A DNA stretch of 64,000 bases. Origin: Octopus sinensis. Taxonomy: Eukaryota. The stretch covers positions 2,666,001 to 2,730,000 of the forward strand of contig NC_042999.1 in NCBI RefSeq assembly GCF_006345805.1, in the 5' to 3' direction. Numbering within the stretch: position 1 is the first letter of the stretch; every line of letters begins with the position of its first letter. Positions 22,300 to 35,101 of this stretch are shown here, piece by piece. The position numbers and the translations under genes were made by a program. The notes beneath the pieces were generated by a model. It did no database searches, was not told the DNA's origin, and saw only the letters and a program-made list of their open reading frames with translations.

Positions 22300-22815
22300 G
22301 TCTGAGAGAGGGCGGAGGGGGTAGAAAGAAAGAGGGAGTGAGAGAGGATGACAGAAAGAGAGGGGAGAAACATAGAGAGGGGGATAGAGGGACAGAAATA
22401 GAGGGAGAGACAGGGAGTAGGAGGGAGATACAGAGAGAGAATATGAGATAGAGGGAGAGAAAGAGAGGGTGGGAGACAGGGAGAAGGAGGATGATACAGA
22501 GAGGGGGCAGATAGAGAAAGCAAGAGGGAGAGAGAAAATGAGAGAGAGGGACAGAAAGAGAGGGAGAGACAGCAAGTAGGAGGGAGATACAGAGAGAGGT
22601 GGATAGAGAAAGAGAGAGAATATGAGATTGAGGGAGAGAAAGAGAGGATGGGAGACAGTGAGAAGGAGGATGATACAGAGAGGGGAGAGAGAAAATGAGA
22701 GGTGGAGAGATAAAGAGGTGGGGATGGAGAAAATGAGATAGAGGGAGAGAAAGCAAGATGGAAGGAGAGAAAGAGAGAGAAGGGAAAAGAAAGGAAAAAG
22801 GAGGGAGGGAGAGAG
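22300..22815 (+). repeat. Degenerate polypurine (GA)-rich tract with internal duplication
   Basis: A block near 22400-22505 recurs near 22560-22685. Confidence 0.85.
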
Positions 22816-22959
22816 ATTTAAGTTTCAGTTGTTATTTAATGTGAGAGGAACAGAAACAAGCATCAGCCATTGATTGCCCACACCCACCACCCAGTCATCC
22901 ACCCCTTTTGAATGGTACACATTTTACATTGTAGAAATATCAGGACACACAGACACAAC

Positions 22960-23329
22960 TGCCATTGCCATTACGATCATCATCAGTAACATCATCACTG
23001 TCATTATCATTATCATCATCACTAACATCATTACTGTCATCATCATCATCATAATCAGTATCGTCATCATCATCACCATCATCATCATCATAATCAGTAT
23101 CGTCATCATCATTGTCCTCATCATCATCGATGTCATCGTCATTGTCAACATCATTATCATCATCATCATCATCATCACCATTGTCATCATCACCACTACC
23201 AACAACCACTGTCGTTCTTCATTATCATCATCACCATAGTCATTGTAATTATCATCATTCTTAAAATTATCATCATTATCATCATCATACCTGTCCAACC
23301 CATGCTAGCATGGAAAACGGACGTTAAAC

Positions 23330-23360
<31 letters not shown>
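22960..23360. repeat. (CAT)n tract followed by short RTE terminus and (GAT)n
   Basis: Seen directly; GTCCAACCCATGCTAGCATGGAAAACGGACGTTAAACG near 23293. Confidence 0.85.
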
Positions 23361-23364
<4 letters not shown>

Positions 23365-23519
23365 ATTACAAATCTATTGTAAAATCATTGCCCGCTCCCT
23401 TTTGATGCCACACCACTTGAGTCTGGCCTGCTGTGTCTTTGATACAAATTTCCTGTTTTAAACTTCCTTCAAATTTCATTTTAATTAATGTTTGTCCAAA
23501 CACCAACTTAATAATCTTT

Positions 23520-24015
23520 TTTTACTATCGGCACAAGACCCTGAAATTTTGGGGGAGAGGGCTAAATAATTACACTGACCCCACTCAACTGGTACTCAAT
23601 TTATTGACCTCGAAAGGATGAAAGGCAAAGGCGACCTCCGTGGGATTTGAACTCAGAACATGAAAACTAGTGAAAAGCTTCTAAGCATTTGTCTTATGTC
23701 CTAACAAAAGAATCTGCCATCTTGCTGCTTTAAACAAAATAATTTTGCTAACAATGGGTGCAGGAGTGGCTCTCTGGTAAGAAGCTTGCTGATTAATTTT
23801 TTTACTAATTATATCAATTAGCAATGTGAAAAAATATATGTGTGTATGTATGTATGTATGTATTTGTGTGTCGGTATTTGTCCTGCCACTGTCACTTGAC
23901 AAGCAATGTTAGTGTGTTTATGTCCCTGTAACTTAGAGGTTCAGCAATAGAAACCGATAGAATAAGTACTAGGCTTGCAAAGAATAAATCCTGAGGGTCG
24001 ATCTGTTCAACTAAG
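23520..24015. mobile_element. Diverged SINE E (minus, 23520-23730) and deleted SINE D (plus, 23758-24015)
   Basis: Homology to other copies in the window. Confidence 0.7.
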
Positions 24016-24175
24016 AAGAGATGGTGGTGTGGATTTCCACCTCGGCATCCAAAACTCAGAGTTTTATCTTAGCTACCAAATAATTGTCACATTATTTTAC
24101 AGATAAATTCCGAGGTCTCTTTCTTTCTTCTGTTTTCTTACCGTTTTTACCAATAAATATATATATATATATATA

Positions 24176-24476
24176 TCACCGTGATCGACCAGGCTATCAG
24201 ATGTTGCTACACATCGCTGGTCACAATGCGCTTCGCATTGTTTTAGCCTTCGAAGGACGCCACCCTGCTGGCTAAGCAAGCAGGCCAACAGAAGAAAGAG
24301 TGAGAGAAAGTTGTAGCGAAAGAGTACAGCAGGGATCGCCACCACCCCCTGCCGGAGCCTCGTGGAGCTTTAGGTGTTTTTGCTCAATAAACACTCACAA
24401 CGCCTGGTCTGGGAATCGAAACCGCGATCCTACGACCGCGAGTCCGCTGCCCTAACCACTGGGCCATTGCACCTCC
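24176..24476 (-). mobile_element. Full-length SINE, head B with tail T2
   Basis: Pol III boxes; homologous to 58115-58420 and 27679-27797; (TA)n on both flanks. Confidence 0.9.
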
Positions 24477-24960
24477 ATATATATATATATATATACATAT
24501 ATATATTTGAGTTTTATTATGGGTATAAGAATATACCATAAACAAGTATATTTTATTACATTTTATTTCATCTTATTAAACTTTTTTGATGTTCTCCAAA
24601 AGATTCCTCACACTGATGAGAATAACAATGCATAAATTTAATTTTAATTCTAATTCTAATTATTATGATTAAAATATTTTTCTTACATATTTGCATTATT
24701 TTTCGAAACATACATATGCATTGAATCCAGTTTTGTAATAAATCTATTTCTGATTCAACATCTTTTCTCCATTTTTTTTATAACAATAATGAAACTCCTC
24801 AAATATTATTTTAATATTCTTCTTACCTTCTTTGGCTGTTTTTTATGAATATGATGAATCTTTATTAGAAATCATTTTCTCTCTCTTTTTGACTCTCTCA
24901 AAAAGTTTGAATTGTTCTTTTCGAACTTATTTTTTCTCATATATATATATATATATATAT

Positions 24961-24999
<39 letters not shown>

Positions 25000-25134
25000 T
25001 ATTCTGTTGTGTCTGGGGAGAGTAATTTTCTTTTTGTGCCTTATAATGTAACACACTCACCGGTAAAATTTCCACTTTTTTTTCTTATTTTTTTATTTTC
25101 CTAAAATTTTCGTTGCATCTTGCAACCTTTTCAA

Positions 25135-25538
25135 TATTGCTTGACAACCAATGTTGGTGTGTTTATGTCCCTATAACTTAGTGGTTCAGCAATAGAAACA
25201 GATAGAATAAGTGCTAGGCTTGCAAAGAATAAGTCCTGGGGGTCGATCTGTTCAACTAAAGGTGGTGCTCCAACATGACCGCAGTCAAAATAATTAAAAC
25301 AAGTAAAAGAAGAGAATAACATATCTGGAGTCATTTAGCATTTTAATACAGAGTGGCCACGTTTTTAAAAGTGTATGTATGGCTGTGTGATAAGACATTT
25401 TCTTCCCAATCACATGGTTCTATGTTCCATCCCACTGCATGGCACCTCAAGTAAGTGTCTTCTACTATAGCCCCGGGCTAACCAAAGCCTTGTGAATGGA
25501 TTTGGTAGATGGAAACTGAAAAAGGCCCATTGTGTGTG

Positions 25539-25571
<33 letters not shown>

Positions 25572-26110
25572 GTGTTTGTGTCTGTGTGTTTGTCCTCCTA
25601 CCATTACTTGCTGACTAATGCTGGTGTGTTTACATCCCTGTAACTTAACGGTTCATCAAAATAGACCAATAGAATCAGTACAAGGCTTACAAAGAAAGAG
25701 TCCTGCGATTGATTTGCTCAACTAAAAGCGGTGCTCCAGCATGGCCGCAGTCAAAATGACTGAAACAAATAAAAGTGTAAAAAGATAGTAGAGTATGTAT
25801 GTGTTTGTGTGTGTGTGTGTGTGTGTGCTCACGTATGTGTGTGTTTGTGTGTGTGTGTGTGTGCTCACGTATGTGTGTGTGTCTTTGTGTTTGTCCTGAT
25901 CACCACTTGGGAACTAGTGCTGGTGTGTTTATGACCCCATAACCTAGTGGTTCAGCAAAAGATATCAACAAAATAATAAATTACCAGGCTTAATAATAAT
26001 AATAATAAAAGAGAAGAAATATATACTGAGATAAATTCATTTGACTAGAAATTTTTCAAGGTGGTGCCCCAGCATGGCCACAGTCAAATGACTGATACAA
26101 GTGAAAGATG
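25135..26110 (+). mobile_element. Cluster of SINE D copies (3' half 25135-25315, full 25375-25785, 3' half 25880-26110)
   Basis: Homology to 11309-11683. Confidence 0.8.
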
Positions 26111-26269
26111 AAAGACAGAAGTTAAGAGATAATACCTTGGTTTCAGTTGAACAGGATTGGTAAGATGTGAAGAGCATCCTTTCGTTCTAAATCTATTCAG
26201 AAAAGATCTTTTAATCTCAGGGAAAGCAAAGAATACGGAATAACACGCACCATTTTCAGAAAACATGGA

Positions 26270-26310
26270 ATATATATATATTAGGATATATATATATACA
26301 TATACACATC

Positions 26311-26357
<47 letters not shown>

Positions 26358-26480
26358 TACATATATATATACACACACATATATATATACACACACACAT
26401 ACATATATATATATACACATATATATATATATATACACACACATATGTATATACACACACACATACATATATATATATAT

Positions 26481-26511
<31 letters not shown>

Positions 26512-26563
26512 CACACACATATATATATATGTAAATGTGTATATATGTATATATATATGTATG

Positions 26564-26637
<74 letters not shown>

Positions 26638-26709
26638 TACTCCAGCATGACCGCAGCTGCTTGGTTGAAACAAGTAAAAGAATATATATGTAAATGTATA
26701 TATATATAG

Positions 26710-26745
<36 letters not shown>

Positions 26746-26800
26746 TCACAGACACACACATATACACACATATATACATATATGCGTGCGTGCGTGTGTG
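26270..26800. repeat. (TA)n/(CA)n compound microsatellite
   Basis: Seen directly. Confidence 0.9.
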
Positions 26801-27494
26801 TTATTCTCTAAAAACATTATAAGCATTTTAACTGCTTTTTATTATTTTTTTTTCCAAGTCCTTTCTTTATCTGCGTGGATGGTGAGAATTTGTGAATCTG
26901 AGACTTAGTTTCACTGTTTATATATTTCATTTGAAGAGTGATGTTAGTCTTACTTATCCACAATATATAACGTAATGTTTTGATATTTTGATACTTTTTT
27001 TCCATAAGAAATGATTGTTACGAAAATAGAATTTCAAAAGTTAGCGAACAAGAATGCTACTCAAAGTCGGTCTTTGATCCTTTATCTCGGCGCTCTAAGT
27101 CTTCAGATAAAATAACTAAAACTGTTCAATAACATGTAGAGTATCACGACCAAAAAAATAGATTCCACTGTTTAATAAGCCTTTAATCACATCCAGCATT
27201 ATTTTAAGATCAATCATCTGTCAGTCTTTGCAATTCCTTCAGAAGAAAGAGAGGGTGCACGATTGAATGCATGTTTTTATTTTCTTCTGCTCTGATTTGT
27301 GCATATTTGCACACGACTTAGGATGAGTTAGATTTAGATTTACCAATGCTTTACTTTCAAAAAGTCTATAGTAATCTTTCTTCAACAACAGAAAAATAAA
27401 AAAAACAAAAAAAATAATGAAAACTCAAAATGGAGAAGAAACTTCAAACTTTGAAAAACATGAAAATCTTTGACATGTAAGTGTTGGCATGTCT

Positions 27495-27645
27495 ATGTGT
27501 TAAGAAGTGTGATTCCCACCACATGGTTCCAAGTTCAGTCCCATTGCATGGCACCTTGGGCAAGTGTCTTCTACTATAGCTTCAGGTTGACCAAAGCATT
27601 GTGAGTGGATTTGAAGGTGAAAAACCAAAAACTGAAAGAAGCCTG

Positions 27646-27682
<37 letters not shown>

Positions 27683-27790
27683 CTGCTCACTGAGCCAGTG
27701 GGGTGGCATCATTTGAAGGCTAAAACAATGTGAAGCGCATTGTGACCAGCGATGTGTAGCAACATCTGATAGCCTGGTCGGTTACGTGAT

Positions 27791-27848
<58 letters not shown>

Positions 27849-28187
27849 GTATATATATAAACCGGAGTAAGCACATAAATGCAAATCAAGGTGGATAAAA
27901 CTGTACTCAAATACCAGAGGTAGAGTAATATGCTTTATTAAAAAGCTGCAGAAATATAACAAAAGCTGTTACTCAGAGTTTCACTTTCCCATTCATCGGA
28001 CAGTTTTGTTAGAACAAAGTAGATATATATATATCATCATCATCATCATCATCATCGTTTAACGTCCGTTTTCCGTGCTAGCACGTGTTGGATGGTTCGA
28101 CCGGGGTCTGGGAAGGCAGGGGCTGCTCCAGGCTCCAGTCTGATCTGGCAGAGTTTCTACGGCTGGATGCCCTTCCTAACGCCAACC
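27495..28187. mobile_element. Nest: SINE D 5' half, truncated SINE B/T2 (27679-27797), PLE-like fragment (27858-28020), RTE 3' end (28033-28187, minus)
   Basis: Homology to other copies; all junctions lie in (TA)n. Confidence 0.8.
27966..28003 (-). ncRNA. Decayed hammerhead motif
   Basis: CTGT-CCGATGA-ATG-GGAA-AGT-GAAA-CTCTGAG-TA-ACAG; U4 mutated and stem II broken. Confidence 0.55.
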
Positions 28188-28645
28188 ATATATATATGCA
28201 CAAAATATGGGGGTTTAGTTCACAGTGATTAGGTACACTAGGTAAGTGCTGTAACGGATTACTGGGCTTCCAAGGTTATAGTCGAGATGGTAGCTATGAA
28301 GCCATTGCAGATTTTTGATATAGTGGAAATATAATTGTTAAAGAGGACAACAAACGTTAAGGCAAGGCAAACATCTCAACATCATGTGCATTATTATCAT
28401 TATTGGAAAATAATAATAATTTGAATTTTTTCCAATAATGACAATGTATATGATTTATGATGATTTCCTTACCTTAACATTGATATATTTATATGTATAT
28501 ATAAATGAAAAAATGTACTGGAAATAAACAAACGTCAGGTAAAAACATAATTTATACTGAATGTACAACCAAACAGGAGATAGACACAGAAGGTCCTTAA
28601 TTCTTCACCCGTTATTAACCAGATGTTATTACTCATTTTCATATC

Positions 28646-28830
28646 ATCTATTATATAAAATCCGTTCTATCTGTCTGTGTGTGTCTTCTAGGATCTCAGG
28701 CATCCTCCATCTGATTGCACTCAAATTTGATATGCAGATAATGGACGGTATCAGGGCGTGTATAAGTCTTGAAAAATTACAAAAGTCGATTCCAGGTGAG
28801 AATGCAATCGATAAAGCATTCTTTGGAATA
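28646..28830 (+). mobile_element. Possible non-autonomous Helitron 5' end
   Basis: A|TCTATTATATAAAATCCGTTCTATCTGTCTGTG and CAAATTTGATATG resemble Helitron-like 5' termini; no 3' hairpin/CTAG identified. Confidence 0.4.
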
Positions 28831-29491
28831 GAAAAAATGTCTCTTTATTTCTTCTTTTGCTCATGTCTCAAATTTAGGTTAAATCAATGTTTCTCAAAGG
28901 GGAGGCCTATTGGACAGTCTGACAAGTTGTTTTGAGAAAATTTGGTTTAAATGTTTGACAACTCAGCACCATCCATTGACGGGGGGGGGGGCGTTTTGCT
29001 CATTAGTGATAAGACTGTGAACTTCCCATGCTGGCAGTGCCCATGAAAGTTGTGGAGAATATAGGGCTGAGAGCAAACAATACAATACAGAGTGGACATA
29101 CAAAAGTGAATAAATGTAATTTAAGGAGATGGACAAAGATAAAATAAGTAAGAAACAAGCAAAATATAGCTTTAGGGCCAAAAAGACTAGCATGGTGGGT
29201 AATGCTTAGAAGACATTCTAAAGGATTAGAAAACAACAAAGAGCAAGACAGTGGAACACAGAGTATTTAGGACCAGTCAAGTGCACAACAGGTGCGAAAT
29301 TGAATAATACCATCTAGTGATAACTGGTGAAGAATTAGGGACCTTCTCTGTGTCTGTCTCTGACCTGGTTGTACACTCAGTATAGGTTATATGTTTTTTA
29401 CCTGTCGTTTGTTTATTTACAATACATTTTTTTCATTTATTAAATAATGGAACGCAGCCCCCCCCCACCGGCTTTTATTAATAATATATAT

Positions 29492-29522
<31 letters not shown>

Positions 29523-30074
29523 CATGTGTATGTGTTTGTGTGTGTGTGTGTGTGTGTTTGTTTCCCAATACCACTTGGCAACCAGTGTTGGTTTGTTTAC
29601 GTCCTTGTAACATAGTGGTTCAGCAAAAGACACCATTAGAATAATTACCAGGTTTGAAAAATAAGTTCCAGGGTTGATTATCTGACTAAAAGTTCTTCAA
29701 GGCAGTGCCCCAGCATGGCCACAGTCCAAAGACTAAAATAAGTAAAAGATAAAATAATAAAGTTTTTAAATTTATATCCATTTTAGTAGCTTCATCATGA
29801 TGGTACACACTATGACAAAAAACACCATACATCACAAAATACCATCTCTTCTTTCACAGGTGATATCTTGATCACCTTTCGAAACCAACACACCTGAGAT
29901 TATCCCAGGTTCTATGTGACACACTTCCTTTTTGTAAGTGTTCTAAATTTAAGAAAAAAAAAACTCCCATTAAAATTTCAAACCTTCACAAATTTCATGC
30001 GAATCATCCAAGTATGAAAATGTGAATGGTAAATCAATGGTGATGATGATGATGATATATATACATGTGTGTGT

Positions 30075-30960
30075 GTGTGGTGGACATCCCCAAGTGAGAA
30101 GTGTACTGTTTCATTATTGATATATAGTGGACAGACAGAGCAAGCAGTGTCGGTTGGTGAGGTTCGCCCTACAGGCCAGTCATGCAGGCGATGAAATATA
30201 TCGTCATAGTGCAGGGCGTATTGGTGGCAACGAGGATTTGTATGCATGCAGTGAAAAATAAATCTCTTTGAAGAAGGAAGATACAGTGAAAAATAATATA
30301 CACACAGTGAAAAAATATATAAATGCTAGTGAAAATTGATTCTGAAGAAAAAAATGTTTGATAAAACTGGAAATCTAACACAGAACTGAACAACACGCAG
30401 TGAAAAATATATAAATTCTAGTGAAAAAAGATTTGGAAGGAAAAAACTGTCTGATAAAACTGGAACTCTAACCCAGAATTGAACTGCACACAGTGAAAAA
30501 TACTATAAATCCATTTGTAGAATTTCTGTTAGGTTGCTATGTGTTAGTAGCTCTACTGGTATACAATGTAGACTGATACTACCTGCAGCATTCTAAAGAG
30601 AAAAATAATTCTGTGTGGAAGAAAATAATTATAATAATAATAAAGTCTGTGTGAAGGATTTAAGCCAGGTCACTATGTGTTAGTAGCACTACTGGTATAC
30701 AATGTGGACTAGTACATCCTGCAGTATTCTGAAGAAAAAAAAGTAATAATGTTGTGTGAAAGAAAAAAAATCTCAAAGAGTGGGGTGCTATGGTGGACAC
30801 TCCCAAGTGAGAAGTGAGCTGTTCCACTACTGATAAATAGTGGACAGACACAGCAAGCAGTGTCAGTTGGCAAGGTATACTGTATGGACCAGTCACGCAG
30901 ACAACGAAATACATTGTCATAATGCGGGACATATCAGTGTATGTGCATGTGTGCCCAGGT
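30075..30960. repeat. Cluster of old local duplications
   Basis: 30075-30225 resembles 30790-30935; 30305-30398 resembles 30399-30490; 30530-30630 resembles 30670-30770. Confidence 0.75.
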
Positions 30961-31879
30961 GTGAAAATCATAATGATGATCATTTGGCAGCTGATGATGA
31001 GACATGTATGTTTGAAGTGCTCATTGATTTATATTTGTTGTAGTCTATGCACCTTAAGGAAGTGAGCATGAAAACGATGATGAGGAGGAGGAAGATGAAT
31101 ATGATGATGATGATGACGATGATGACATGCATGAATGAATGTGTGTAACTGAGTGCATCAGAATGCATAGCCTTAAAAGATTTTCTAAGTGGTGAGAAAC
31201 ACTCGAGAAAGTTGTGCAGTAGGGGACAAGTGTTTCAGCCCTTAACTTCTTATGCTCTAATGGGGCCCCAGCCACATCCAAGTCATGACTTGTGGGTGCC
31301 CTTTTGCTGACCCTTTTTAGCCACTTACAATTTAAACCACTTGGAGATTTCATCTCGTTCTAACTCCTTCAGCTTTTTATGTCACTGGTTAATAAGTACA
31401 GAGTGACCCACAAGTGACTTTATCTACCAGAAAGGTATTTCTTTGACTACAATAAATCTCTCAGTCAGCGCAATACATCTCCACACACATCTGCACACCG
31501 CTTCAACATCATAAAATTCTCAAAAGAACTTTGTGAAACGGTATAGAATGCAAACCAATTTCAAGACGACATGGAAGTGGTTAATTTTCTGACAAACCTT
31601 GAAGTAAGAGAACATCAAAGAGTCTCTTCTCTCTTTCCACCACTGCCAACGCTGCCAGCGTCGGCGTCCTCTGTGACCTAAACCGATTGAAGAAAGAACG
31701 TCATTGAATCAATCAATAGAAGGCAGCATTTAAAACAAACCTGCCTTTATTTGAAGAATTGCGGTTAGAATAAAGTTGGAAACATCAGAAGGAACGACGG
31801 TTACCATAGTACCTAGCAATTATGCACGTCTCTTTGGTGGTGGTCGTGGTGGTCGTCGTCGTCATGGTCGTAGTGGCGG

Positions 31880-32840
31880 TGATAATAAGAAGGAGGAGGA
31901 GACAATCTTGGTGTTGGTGATGACAATGATGATGATGATGACGATGATGGTGGTAATGACCATGACAACGACGATTGTGGTGGTGGTGATGATGATGATA
32001 ATGAGGAGGAGAGGATCTTGGTTTTGATGATTATAATGGTGATGATGACGAGGATGGTGGTATTGACAATGACGACGATAAATGTGGTAGTGGTGGTGAT
32101 GATGATGATATGAGGAGGAGGAGGAGGAGAGGATCTGGGTATCAGTGATTATAATGGTGATGATGACATTGATGGTGATGATGACAATGATGGTGGTGAT
32201 GACAATGATGATGATGAATGTGGTGGTGGTGATGATGATAGCAGTATCTTAAGTGGCGATGGTGATGATGATGATGATGGTTGTGACAATAATAATGATG
32301 ATGATGGTGTGGCAAGTGGGATTGCTTCTATGTTGCATAAACCAGTGTTTCTTTGCCAATCAATTATAAACGAGCCATTGAAATTTAATTTATGACATCA
32401 AATTTGGATTAAACTTGCTTCACAAACACAATATAATACAATATGCAATTTGTAATGTTGTAACAACACAGGAATCGGAAAAAAACGAATCTATGGCTTC
32501 CATCAAGCCAGCTTCAAACAGCATGTCATGCCCTTACTATTGTTATCAGCACCTTAACTCTCACGGCTGCCATTGCTCATCATCATCATTAATATCACTA
32601 TCATCATTGATGTAGTCATCATCGTCGTCAGTGTCATCGTCATCATAATGATCGTCATCATCATCATTATCATCATCAAGATCATTTCTGTCTTCATCAT
32701 CTTTTGTGTTGTTGTTATCACTGTTATATCGTCGTCACCGTCATCACTTGTCATCACTGCCGTTGTCATTGTCAGCATCATGGCTATCATCATCATCCTC
32801 ATCTTCATCTTCACCCTCATCATTATCATTACCATCACCA
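31880..32840. repeat. (GAT/GGT)n tract (31880-32310) and (CAT)n tract (32575-32840)
   Basis: Seen directly. Confidence 0.9.
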
Positions 32841-32842
32841 CT

Positions 32843-33040
32843 GCCGGGCGAAATGCGTAGCCGTATTTCGTCTGCCATTACATTCTGGGTTCAAATTCCA
32901 CCGAAGTCGACTTTGCCTTTCATCCTTTCGGGGTCGATAAATTAAGTACCAGTTATGCACTGGGGTCGATGTAATCGACTTCATCCATTTGTCTGTCCTT
33001 GTTTGTCCCCTCTGTGTTTAGCTCCTTATGGGTAGTAAAT
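32843..33040 (+). mobile_element. SINE family E, 5'-truncated
   Basis: Homology to 14838 and 19270. Confidence 0.85.
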
Positions 33041-33339
33041 AACTATATCTTCATCATCATTAGAATCATCATCATCACCATTATCGTAACACCTTCATCA
33101 TCATCATTGTCATCAATTATCACCATAATTTCCACTATCATCAAGATATCAAAAGAAGTCTTCACCTAACTCTTTTAACATAGTCGTTTTTTTCCTGACA
33201 AAACCTCTACTTTCATTTCAAAAGTGGTGACCAAAGGTTTCATACGATCCACTCTCTAAATAGTATTTTATATTCCACAATAAATGTATAGCAGTAATTA
33301 CATAGAGAATCACCTCATTTTGAATTTTGAAATGAGGTG

Positions 33340-33530
33340 ATTCAAGAAAGTACAAGTCCTCTGGGCTGGAAATGCCACAAGGGTCACAGACAACAGCTGG
33401 ACTTGTGCAGGTACTGACTGATATCCAGGAGGTCAGGAAAAGCCACTTAGAAGGCCTCTACAATGATGGGAAGAAGATTTAGTTATGAATTTTGGGGTGA
33501 AAACAGAAAAGAATGGCACAATCAGGGCAA
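33340..33530 (+). pseudogene. Old RTE-clade LINE ORF C-terminal relic
   Basis: LWAGNATRVTDNSWT...TD*YPGGQEKPLRRPLQ*WEEDL fits the WAGH..R..D.RW....W.P...R..GRP..RW.DD pattern. Confidence 0.55.
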
Positions 33531-33699
33531 AATTATAAGCATACTGTTGCCAGTGATGTATAACTGCATTTGATAGTCTACTTGATATTGTGATACTGTA
33601 ATAAAGATAATAACAATTAATGATTTTAAATGTCTTAATTAGGAATCTAGTTTTATTGCTAATGCAGAAACTCTCCAACAACTATAAATAACCTTTGTC

Positions 33700-34775
33700 A
33701 AGTGGCTGTGTGGTAAGAAGCTTGCTTCCCAACCACATGGTTCCCAGTTCAGTCCCACTGCAAGGCACTTTGAGCAAGTGCATTCTACTATAGCCTCAGG
33801 TTAACCTGTATATATGTGTGTGTGTCTGTGTTTGTCCCCCCTCCAACATCTTGACAACGGATGCTGATGTGTTTATGTCCCCATAACTTAGCAGTTTGGC
33901 AAAAGAGACCAATAGAATAAGTACTAGGCTTACAAAGAATAAGTCCTCGGGTCGATTTGCTCGACTAAAGGCGGTGCTCCAGCATGGCCACGGTCAAATG
34001 ACTGAAACAAGTAAAAGAATAAAAAGAAAAACTATAAAAATTTACAAATGCATAAGAATTCATAAATGAAAATATGTAAAAAAAGTGTAAATTTGTTATA
34101 TATCCTATAGATGAATGCATCTATGTATGCACTTTGTATACCAAGGAGAACTTCGTTAATATGGATTGAATGAATATATACATTGGCCTTTGAATTTTTC
34201 TCCTCTCCTTAATATATGTATATATGTATGTATATATGTTGTATGTATGTGCCTGTTATTTGTGCCTGTTTTTGTCCCTCCACCATCACTTGACAACCGA
34301 TGTTAGTGTGTTTACATCCCCGTAGCTTAGAGATTTGGCAAAAGAGACCACTAGAATAAGTATTAGGCTTACAGAGAATAAGTCCTGGGGTCGATTTGGT
34401 TGATTAAAGGTGATGCTCCAGCATAGCCACAGTCAGATGACTAAATCAAGTAAAAGAGTAAAAGAATAAGTGAAACCATGTGGCTTAGTGGTTAGGGTAT
34501 TTAGCTTGTGATTGTAGAGTTGTGAGTTCAGTTCCTGGCAATGCACTGCATCCTTGAGCCAGACACTTCGTTTTCACATTGCTCCAGTCCTCTCAGCTGA
34601 TAAAAATTAGTTGTACCTGTAATATACACATGGTCAGCCTTGTCACACTGAATCTCCTTGAGAATTACTTTAAGAGTATGTGTGTCTATGGAGTACTCAG
34701 CCACTTACACATTAATTTTATGAGTAGGCTTGATTGGATCCACTGGAACCCATGTCATCATAACCAATGAAGTAC
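33700..34775 (+). mobile_element. SINE D copies (33700-34030, 34270-34465) and SINE C/T1 (34475-34775)
   Basis: Homology to other copies. Confidence 0.8.
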
Positions 34776-34816
34776 CAGTTTTATTTTGGGTTTTTTTATG
34801 CAAGTAGAGTAAAGTG

Positions 34817-35040
34817 GTGCTAGGACAATTCATCCCCAGTTATTTCGTCATCGGTTAATTTGTCCCCGCTCAGTTCCTTGTTGATCAATTCATCTCCAGG
34901 TCAATTCGTCGCTGGCCAATTCATCCACAAATGTTCTCAAATGTGATTTTCAAGGAAAAGTTTAGAACCATCACTTCAGAATTAAAATTGTTGTTGGACA
35001 GTTTTAGGTATTTTTTCCTTTCTTTAACTACCACCACCCC

Positions 35041-35101
<61 letters not shown>

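Noticed and set aside
26256-26779. Tyr/Ile/Cys/His-rich ORFs here and at 38982-39927, 49505-50852 and 62236-63994
   Set aside because: Translations of (TA)n, (CA)n and (CATA)n microsatellites.
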